Shown here: positions 20,263 through 27,716 of the stretch, piece by piece
How the letters are laid out: each line of letters starts with the position of its first letter
How positions within the stretch are numbered: the stretch's first letter is position 1
Source of the DNA: Minisyncoccota bacterium
Lineage (GTDB): Bacteria > Patescibacteriota > Minisyncoccia > JAHIHE01 > JAGLIN01
DNA length: 64,000 nucleotides
Direction of reading: 5' to 3'
Assembly (NCBI GenBank): GCA_023142995.1
Contig: JAGLIM010000006.1
Span: forward strand, 32,577 to 96,576
Position numbers and translations under genes: made by a program
Notes under the pieces: generated by a model
The model's input: only the letters and a program-made list of their open reading frames with translations
Database searches by the model: none
What the model was told of the DNA's origin: nothing

Positions 20263-20543
20263 TGTCATTCTGAACCCATTCGGCTATCGCTCAGGGCAGG
20301 CCCGTTTCAGAATCTACTTTTCTTTTATATCTAATTAATCCTACAAATCGCAAAATTTTTGAATAAATTGAAAATGCAATAATCTTTTAATATTTTTCGA
20401 CCTTATTCCGAAATTTACCGCATATAACTTCTCCATAAAGTCGAACAATATTATTGTGTTTATATTGAAAAAGAAAGTACAGTGTAAATAGTATAAATCA
20501 AAACCTAAAATAATAAAGATTCTGAACTAAATTCAGAATGACA
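20263..20543. mobile_element. Second copy of the REPIN/MITE-like element, with a 26-bp nano-element in its left palindrome
   Basis: TGTCATTCTGAAC..TTCAGAATGACA ends; hairpin A at 20389-20452. Confidence 0.8.
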
Positions 20544-20572
20544 AATTGTTTAATAAACTAATAGAAAAAACA

Positions 20573-20902
20573 ATGGGAATTAAAAGTTCAATTAAAAAAG
20601 TTATTGGAAAAGGTGCTATGAAAGTTTCTAAGACGAAACTTGGGAAAAAAGTGATGGACAAGGCAATGGAAAAAGAGCTTAAAAAAATGCCAGAAGGTCA
20701 AAGAGAAATGGCAAAAAAAGCAATGGAAGCTATGCAAAATATGAGTCCCGAAGAACAAGAAGAAATTTCAGAGAAAATGAAAAAACTTTTAGGAGGAAGA
20801 GAAAATCCAAGCGCAGGAGAAATGATGGGGATAATGAGAAAAATGTCTCCAGAACAGCGAAAAGAATATGAAGATTTGGCAAGAAAAATGATGGGGATGT
20901 AG
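20573..20902 (+). CDS. Small Met/Lys-rich helical hypothetical protein
   Basis: Repeated MSPE.Q/MPEGQ motifs; ATG at 20573 preferred over TTG at 20546. Confidence 0.65.
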   Translation: MGIKSSIKKVIGKGAMKVSKTKLGKKVMDKAMEKELKKMPEGQREMAKKAMEAMQNMSPEEQEEISEKMKKLLGGRENPSAGEMMGIMRKMSPEQRKEYEDLARKMMGM

Positions 20903-20929
20903 AGCAAAGTTTATAAAGTCATTAAGTTT

Positions 20930-21535
20930 ATGAAGTGTCCTGATTGTGGGGGAAAGTTAAAAGAAGTTTTTACAACTGGTCATTATGGAGCAAAGATTGT
21001 TCTTGATCAGTGTTTTACTTGTGGCGGAATTTGGTTTGATAATTTTGAATCGCAGTCAGTTCCTAAAAGAGAAATTGAAAAGATTGAAAGCATAAATACT
21101 GATAAACTTCAGAAAAATTCGTTTTTAGGAAAAGGTAATAATTTATGTCCAAAATGTTCTGTTAAGCTAGAGATATTCAAGGATTATAATTTTCCAAAAC
21201 AACTAGAAGCTGAATATTGTCAAAGCTGTAGCGGTTTTTGGATGAATAGGGGAGAGGCGACTAGTTTTAAATCCTGGCAAGAAGAAAAAAAAGCGAAAAG
21301 TAAAAGATCATTAACAGAGGAAGACAAAAAATTTCAACAAGAGATTAAAAGTATTCTTTCTTCTGGCAAAAGCAATAATTTTGGTATGCTAGGAGAAATT
21401 GGAAAGGTTTTGACATATCGTCAAACTAGAAATGGTAATCGTATAGGAGCGCAAGATAGAACTGAAACTGAAAAAACTCTAGCGTTTATAGTTGGAATAA
21501 TATCAATGTTGTTAAGATTGTTTTTAAGACATTAG
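20930..21535 (+). CDS. Tandem zf-TFIIB-like zinc ribbon protein
   Basis: CPDC..CFTCGGIWFD and CPKC..CQSCSGFWMN. Confidence 0.8.
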   Translation: MKCPDCGGKLKEVFTTGHYGAKIVLDQCFTCGGIWFDNFESQSVPKREIEKIESINTDKLQKNSFLGKGNNLCPKCSVKLEIFKDYNFPKQLEAEYCQSCSGFWMNRGEATSFKSWQEEKKAKSKRSLTEEDKKFQQEIKSILSSGKSNNFGMLGEIGKVLTYRQTRNGNRIGAQDRTETEKTLAFIVGIISMLLRLFLRH

Positions 21536-21566
21536 AATTTCTGTTTGAAAATTTAATTTTAAATAA

Positions 21567-22034
21567 ATGAAAGGATTTGTTGTTATTTGTGATTCGCTTC
21601 GGAGCTTGCATAATGTAGGATCTGTTTTCAGAACGGCGGATGGAGCGGGGATTGATAAAGTTTATTTATGCGGTATTACAGGAATGCCTGATACACAAAA
21701 GCATCAAAGACAAATATCAAAAGTGGCTCTTGGCGCGCAGGATTATGTTAAATGGGAATATGTTAAACAATCATGGAGATTAGTTGAAAAACTTAAGAAA
21801 GAAGGTTATCAGATCGTTTCACTTGAGCAAACGTCAAAAAGTGTTAATTATACAAAATTCAAACCTAAATTTCCAATGGCTTTGATTATTGGCAATGAGG
21901 GGAAGGGGGTAAAGAAATCACTTTTGGAAAGATCTGATGAAATTATTGATATTCCAATGCGCGGACAAAAAGAGTCGCTGAATGTTTCTGTTGCTTTTGG
22001 AATTGTTGCTTATTGGATTGGGGGATTTAAATAA
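21567..22034 (+). CDS. TrmH/SpoU family RNA methyltransferase
   Basis: HNVGSVFRTAD, IIGNEGKG, IPMRGQKESLNVSVA. Confidence 0.92.
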   Translation: MKGFVVICDSLRSLHNVGSVFRTADGAGIDKVYLCGITGMPDTQKHQRQISKVALGAQDYVKWEYVKQSWRLVEKLKKEGYQIVSLEQTSKSVNYTKFKPKFPMALIIGNEGKGVKKSLLERSDEIIDIPMRGQKESLNVSVAFGIVAYWIGGFK

Positions 22035-22048
22035 AAAGAATTTATAAG

Positions 22049-22171
22049 ATTTCTACGGCACTTTAGTGCACGGTTAAGGAGGTTTTAACCTCGTGAAATT
22101 TAGCGCAATAAAATAATCTTTTTTCGTGAGGTTAAAACCTCTTTGACCCTCGGCTAAAGCCTGGTAGAAAT
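22049..22171. repeat. Long inverted-repeat element (REPIN-like)
   Basis: ATTTCTAC..GTAGAAAT ends; inner GAGGTTTTAACCTC/GAGGTTAAAACCTC palindromes. Confidence 0.75.
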
Positions 22172-22184
22172 TATTTAAAACACT

Positions 22185-22898
22185 ATGAACAAAAACAACT
22201 CACAAAAAACCATAGAAAAGATTAAAGATGATTATGATCTGATTGCCAGAGAATGGGATTTGAGTAGGAATAGAGCATCTCAAATAAAGATCAATTTAAT
22301 ATCTGAAATTAAGCCAAAGAATAAAGTTTTAGATATTGGTTGTGGTAACGCTCTGATGCTTCCTTTCGTTTTAGAAAAAGGAGCTTTTTTTTCTGGTCTG
22401 GACATTTCAGAAAAACTTATTAAAATTGCCAGAAAAAAATATTCAAAAGAAATAGAACAAAAAAAAGCAGAACTTTTTGTTGGCAATGCGACAGAACTTT
22501 CTTTTAAAGAAAATGAATTTGACTTTGTAATTAGTTTTGCGGTTCTTCATCATATTCCTTCAAAAGAACTTCAGAAAAAGTTTTTTGAAGAGATTAAGAG
22601 AGTTTCTAAACCGAATGCAAAAGTGAAGATTATAGTTTGGAATCTTTTGAGCAATTGGGCTGATAAGAGATTTAATATCAGAGATCAATTAGATGGAAAA
22701 GAAAGTGGAGATGTACTGATTCCATGGAAAGCAACTCAAGGGAAGATCATTGATCGTTATTATTATCAATTTTCAAAAAAAGAGCTTTTGTCTTTTGCTC
22801 AAGATGTAGGATTTAATAATATAGAAATTAATCTTTTCAATAGAGCAGGAGAAAAAGCAGAAAATGGAGAAGAGATGGTTTTAGAGATGGAGATTTAG
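22185..22898 (+). CDS. Class I SAM methyltransferase, Trm9/ALKBH8-like
   Basis: YDLIA, VLDIGCGN, ISFAVLHH, IIVW, DVLIPW, RYYYQF..EL. Confidence 0.8.
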   Translation: MNKNNSQKTIEKIKDDYDLIAREWDLSRNRASQIKINLISEIKPKNKVLDIGCGNALMLPFVLEKGAFFSGLDISEKLIKIARKKYSKEIEQKKAELFVGNATELSFKENEFDFVISFAVLHHIPSKELQKKFFEEIKRVSKPNAKVKIIVWNLLSNWADKRFNIRDQLDGKESGDVLIPWKATQGKIIDRYYYQFSKKELLSFAQDVGFNNIEINLFNRAGEKAENGEEMVLEMEI

Positions 22899-23019
22899 TA
22901 ATATTATTTTAAATTTTCTAATTTAAATTGTCATTTCGAATCCCGTTAGGGTGAGAAATCTATTAATAATACTATACAAATAGAATGGTATTATTCTGAA
23001 AATAAATCATAAGATCATT

Positions 23020-23754
23020 ATGGAAGAATTTTTGAAAATAGAAAATCAAATCAAACAAGATCCTTTTATAGAAGGTCCAGAAGAAACTACCGAAGAAGTT
23101 AGGGAGGAACTGAGAAAAAAGGTTAAAGAATATTATAGAACAAATGATATTTCTGAAGACTTGATCGAGCAATTTATCATTCATAATGATCAGGTTGAAT
23201 ATTTTGTAGATCGTTTTTCAGAAAAGGAAGGTTTCAACGAAAAAGAAAAAGAAATAGCGCTTTTAACCGCAATTTTTCATGATATTACCAAGGGCAGTGA
23301 AGATTTTCTAAATCACGGAGAAGGAGGAGGATTGATCACAAAAGAAATTCTTATTGATATGGGTATAAGCGAGGAATTGGCAGAAAGCGTGAAATTAGGA
23401 ATAGAAAGACATATGGGTCAAGAAGGATATCCTACAGATCTGGCAAAGAAAAAATATGGAGATGATTTTGAATATCCGAAATATGCAACTGAAGTAGGAA
23501 AGATGGTCTTTGAGTGTGATATTCTAACTCAACTTACAAAAAAGGGGTTTAATAAAATTCTACTTTTAAGAGAAATAGATAAAGAAAATAGAAAAGAAGA
23601 CGAAGTAGTGGCTTTTGAGAAAAACATTACCAGAGAAGAAGCGGCTGTACTCTCAGTGCTCAAGAGCGCAAAAAAGTCTTACGATCTAATCAAAAATAGA
23701 TTTATAAAAAAGTGCGCGGAAGAACTCTATGAAGAAATTAAAAAAGAATATTAG
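23020..23754 (+). CDS. HD domain protein
   Basis: H..AIFHDITK..NH..RH..D motif series. Confidence 0.8.
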   Translation: MEEFLKIENQIKQDPFIEGPEETTEEVREELRKKVKEYYRTNDISEDLIEQFIIHNDQVEYFVDRFSEKEGFNEKEKEIALLTAIFHDITKGSEDFLNHGEGGGLITKEILIDMGISEELAESVKLGIERHMGQEGYPTDLAKKKYGDDFEYPKYATEVGKMVFECDILTQLTKKGFNKILLLREIDKENRKEDEVVAFEKNITREEAAVLSVLKSAKKSYDLIKNRFIKKCAEELYEEIKKEY

Positions 23755-23781
23755 GAATATTCTTTTTGATATGATCTTTAT

Positions 23782-23870
23782 GTAGAAACTGTTTTGTCTG
23801 TCCGCCTTGGGAGGGTAAATAGTTTCTGATGTTTTCTAAGTAAATAATATTTATTGATATTTCAAAACAA
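23782..23870. repeat. REPIN family G (truncated) with a 19-bp nano-element at 23796-23814
   Basis: Matches 58983-59082 except for the insert. Confidence 0.75.
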
Positions 23871-23928
23871 AAAAATAAAAGCAACTTGCGTTATTTTGTA
23901 GAACAAAATATGCTTGTTGCTTTTTAGT

Positions 23929-24702
23929 TTAAATTTTATAGGTATAAATATATTCTTTTCTTCCTTCGTCGTTCAGACAATAAAGGAGCCCCTGGGAAAA
24001 GTCTATACCTCCATTTGTTTTTGCTGTGGTTTTCTCTATGATTGTTCCTGTGGAGGATACTTTATAGAGAAAATCTTCCTGACTTATATAGAAATAATCA
24101 TTCTTTGTTGTTATTCCCTGAATGTTCTCTATATTTTCACTCAAGGGAATATAGCCAGCGTAGTTAAGATCTGGCAGATCATATTTTCATATTTTACTGT
24201 CATAGAAACTTACAACAAAAACTTGATCGTTACTGACGGTAACTCCAGCAACTTCATGTCCTTGAGCTGAGATGTCATATTTGCCGATATAGCTTAGATC
24301 AGAAGCATCCCAAATCGCAATATGCTGAGATCTGAAATTATTATGATTGTCCCAATATTCTACTGGAATATAAAGCTTCCCGTTATGATAATCTCCGTCT
24401 CCAAGATGGTTTATGCCTCCTCCAATTTCAGAGAAAACATTCCTATTAATATCAATTTCATTCCAATTTTTATCTACCTTTTTGATAAAGTCAGTATGGA
24501 AGAGATAGAAATAAGTTTCGTCAGTTGTTATTCCCTGATGAGCATTTATATCAGGTGATTGCTGTACTAATTCGTACTGACCTACATCTGGATCAATGTT
24601 ATTTTCTTCACTCACACCTATTTGAGGGGAAAGTATGAGAAGAAAAATAACAATTTCTGCTAGGAATATCATTTCTATTAATACTGATTCATTTCTTACC
24701 AT
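23929..24702 (-). pseudogene. Secreted beta-propeller-like protein interrupted by one in-frame TGA (24189-24187)
   Basis: The two track ORFs share a frame: ..SFYDSKI*KYDLPDLNYAGYIPLSENIENIQGIT..; QGITT repeat in both halves; GGAGG SD and TTGACA-N17-TATTAT promoter upstream. Confidence 0.75.
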
Positions 24703-24800
24703 TGCTTTTCCTCCTTTTGTTTTTTTGAATGATTTTTTAAATTTTATCTAAGATAATATCATAAAATCAGAGATTTGTCAAGAATATAAGATAGAAAAAA

Positions 24801-25025
24801 TTAAAAAGGTGAAATAATTTCTATTAGAAATCCAAATACTTTTTCTCCAAATAAGATTATTAATATATCAGCAATAGCGATTGTTATCAGAGCAATAGGA
24901 AGTACAAAGTTGTTTGGCCATATAAGATGGATAAATAGAATTGCTAGATCCAGTATAATGCACATAGCAATTATTTCTTCTATTCTGCTGGTTGATTTAG
25001 AGCGTTTTTTATTATTTTTAGACAT
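24801..25025 (-). CDS. Small membrane protein
   Basis: Basic N-terminus and two hydrophobic helices, downstream of elp3. Confidence 0.55.
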   Translation of the reverse strand: MSKNNKKRSKSTSRIEEIIAMCIILDLAILFIHLIWPNNFVLPIALITIAIADILIILFGEKVFGFLIEIISPF

Positions 25026-25044
25026 ATATTTTATTTGTTAATTA

Positions 25045-26673
25045 TTAATAATTTAAATATTTTATCATATATCCATCAACAAGATCATATTCTAGTTTTC
25101 GATAATAGTTCCTTACTCCTACACCGCTGATGACGGTGATCTTTTTTAAACCGAATTCTGCTTTAGTGATCTTTTCTGCTTCAGCGATTAGTTTTTTTCC
25201 AAGTCCAGTATGTTGGGGCGATTTTTTGCTTTTTGATCTTATAGGAACGAGTTGGCCGTATGTGTGAATTTCGCGGATAATAGAAGCATTTTCAAGAGCA
25301 GGGATAAAAGAATGAACTCCAATCTCGTTAATTCTTAGTCTTAATAAAGAATAGATGTGTTGTCTTTTTTTATCTTCAAAACTTAAAAATATTTCTTTGC
25401 CACCTGAAGCGTTGTAATCTTGGCGGAATAATTTTAAATTATTAACCACCCCTAGCCCCTCCTTTAAAAGGAGGGGATTTTGATTTCTTACTTCCCGGCA
25501 TCTGATACATTTGCAATTCCATCCCTCTTCTTCTGATCTTTTCTTGAGAACTTGTCTTAAATTGGAAACTTTATTTCCAGCGACAATGCTTGTTGATGGA
25601 ATGTCTCTAATAAGGCGGGTAATGCGAACATAATAAGGAACTATTTTTTTGATCTCACAAAGTAATTGAATGAGTTTTTTGTCTGGATATGGTTTGTATT
25701 TGCCAGTTTTAAGCCATTTATAAATAGGAGCATTTTTGACAACCACGCAAGGATAAATTTTCAGCATATCTGGCTGAAAATCGGGATTTGAAAATAATTC
25801 TTTAAACATTGTTAAATCTTTTTTGTAGTTTGATCCTGGTAGATCTGGCATCATATGATAGTTTATTTTAAAGCCAGTTTCTTTTAGTAGCCTTGTCGCT
25901 TTGATCGTTTCGTTAACAGAATGTCCACGTTTGTTAAATTTCAAAACATCATCATAAACACTTTGCACTCCAAGTTCAACTCGCGTTGCTCCAAGTTTTC
26001 TCATTTGTAATATTTCTTTCTCATCAATATAATCAGGACGTGTTTCAAGCGTAAGTCCTACAATTCGATGTGAAGCTTTTTCGTTTATTTTTTGGAGTTG
26101 TTTGAGCGATAAGGCTCTAAGTGGCTTTTGAAGCCACTTAGAGCCTGCGTTGCATGCAGAAAAACATTCTTTTATAAACCAAGTTTGATATTGTTTTGGA
26201 AGATAAGAGAAAGTTCCACCCATTACGATCAATTCGATTTTATCTGTTTTATGTCCAGTAGCTTTAAGTGATCTTAATCTTGCTTGAACTTGTTTATAGG
26301 GATGAAAATCTGTTAAAACTGCCCGCATTACTGCTGGTTCATTTGAGAGATAACTTTTTGGTATACCTTTCTCATTAGGACAAAATTTACAAGTTCCAGG
26401 GCAGGGGTATGGCTTTGTCAGAACTGCAATAATCGCTACACCTGATGAGCTGCGAATATCTTTTGTCATTAAAACTTTTTCAATTTCTTTTTGAAGATTT
26501 CTTTTTGATATTTTTCTATAAGATCTGAGAAGCTCTATATTAGTTGGACAAGGCATTTTATATTTCTTTGAGGCTTTTCTTTTGAGCTTTGAAAGATATT
26601 CTGAAGAAAGTTGTCTTTTTTTGACAGAAACCTTTTCAATAAGTTCGTTGATAATGTATTGGTTAATATTCAT
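25045..26673 (-). CDS. elp3: Elp3 radical SAM/KAT tRNA U34 carboxymethyltransferase
   Basis: PYPCPGTCKFCP, PKSY, MGGTF, ETRPD, VELGVQS, RLIRDIP, REIHTYG, QHTGLG, VISGVGVRNYY; start at MNINQ assumed. Confidence 0.93.
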   Translation of the reverse strand: MNINQYIINELIEKVSVKKRQLSSEYLSKLKRKASKKYKMPCPTNIELLRSYRKISKRNLQKEIEKVLMTKDIRSSSGVAIIAVLTKPYPCPGTCKFCPNEKGIPKSYLSNEPAVMRAVLTDFHPYKQVQARLRSLKATGHKTDKIELIVMGGTFSYLPKQYQTWFIKECFSACNAGSKWLQKPLRALSLKQLQKINEKASHRIVGLTLETRPDYIDEKEILQMRKLGATRVELGVQSVYDDVLKFNKRGHSVNETIKATRLLKETGFKINYHMMPDLPGSNYKKDLTMFKELFSNPDFQPDMLKIYPCVVVKNAPIYKWLKTGKYKPYPDKKLIQLLCEIKKIVPYYVRITRLIRDIPSTSIVAGNKVSNLRQVLKKRSEEEGWNCKCIRCREVRNQNPLLLKEGLGVVNNLKLFRQDYNASGGKEIFLSFEDKKRQHIYSLLRLRINEIGVHSFIPALENASIIREIHTYGQLVPIRSKSKKSPQHTGLGKKLIAEAEKITKAEFGLKKITVISGVGVRNYYRKLEYDLVDGYMIKYLNY

Positions 26674-26832
26674 AAAATGATTTAGTTTAGATAAGTAAGT
26701 ATAGTGTGTTAATGTAATTTTATCAAGAAAGGCTTCTGGCAATTATCAAAGATTAGCCATAATAATAAATAGGCAAGTGCTCTAAATCGTGATAAAATTA
26801 TATTAAGAACAAATAATTATTAAGTTAAATAT

Positions 26833-27210
26833 ATGAAAAAAATAATTTCAACAGAAAAAGTTTCAGAAGTGGTAGGTCCATACTCGCAAGCAGTTGAAGC
26901 TGGTGGTTTTGTTTTTTTATCAGGACAAATTCCACTGAAAGTGGACGGAACTATAATTGATGGGGATATTAAAGATCAGACAAAACAAGTGCTTGATAAT
27001 ATCGGAGAAATTCTAAATGCATCTGGATTGAATTATGAAAATGTAGCAAAAGTTACAGTTTACCTTTCTGATATGAGTGATTTTAGAGAAATGAATGAAG
27101 TTTATATTAAATATTTTAAAAAAGATTTTCCTGCTAGGTCAACAATCCAAGTTTCTGAACTTCCAAAAGAAGTCGGCATAGAAATGGATGTGATTGCAGC
27201 GAAAGAATAA
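26833..27210 (+). CDS. ridA: RidA/YjgF family enamine deaminase
   Basis: GPYSQAV, SGQIP, MNEVY, PARS, IEMD. Confidence 0.9.
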   Translation: MKKIISTEKVSEVVGPYSQAVEAGGFVFLSGQIPLKVDGTIIDGDIKDQTKQVLDNIGEILNASGLNYENVAKVTVYLSDMSDFREMNEVYIKYFKKDFPARSTIQVSELPKEVGIEMDVIAAKE

Positions 27211-27342
27211 GAGAATTTCTTAAAAACTTTGTTTTTATTATAAAAGCTACTGAAAACTATTTTGTTTTTAGTGGTTTTTTTAATGTCTTAAATATGCTAT
27301 AATAAAGTCGATAGAAAATATGCGAAAATTAATATAAACCAA

Positions 27343-27705
27343 ATGATTGCTGAATATTTTGTTAATTTACCAATAAATTTCATCAAGGGAATTATAAATT
27401 TCTTCTCTTTTTGGTATATAATAAGTTCTAGGTCTTTTTGGCATAAAGAAATTGCCTTTATAAAAGGGATTGAAAGAGATATCGGTGTTCTTATAAATTT
27501 AAAGTTGGTGTTTCAGCCGATTTATGGTGATTATACGTATATGGGGAGAGCTATTGGTCCTATTTTTAGATTATCTCGTGTTTTGATTGGTTTTCTTATT
27601 ATGTTAGTTTCAATTATTGTAGTTTTGATGATTTATTTAATTTGGATACTTCTGCCACCAGTTACTTTCTTGATGGTGTTTTTGAATCTAGTTTATGTCT
27701 TTTAA
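27343..27705 (+). CDS. Small membrane protein co-oriented with the Clp ATPase
   Basis: FQPIYGDY..GR.IG..R followed by a long hydrophobic helix; 11 bp upstream of the ATPase. Confidence 0.7.
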   Translation: MIAEYFVNLPINFIKGIINFFSFWYIISSRSFWHKEIAFIKGIERDIGVLINLKLVFQPIYGDYTYMGRAIGPIFRLSRVLIGFLIMLVSIIVVLMIYLIWILLPPVTFLMVFLNLVYVF

Positions 27706-27716
27706 TTTAAATTTGA

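Noticed and set aside
4896-20452. Hairpin family A as a CRISPR array or integron attC sites
   Set aside because: Copies are dispersed with no regular spacers; no RYYYAAC/GTTRRRY ends; no cas or integrase gene in the window
24187-24189. Genome-wide TGA recoding (code 25 or 4)
   Set aside because: Long conserved genes have no internal TGA and several genes end in TGA
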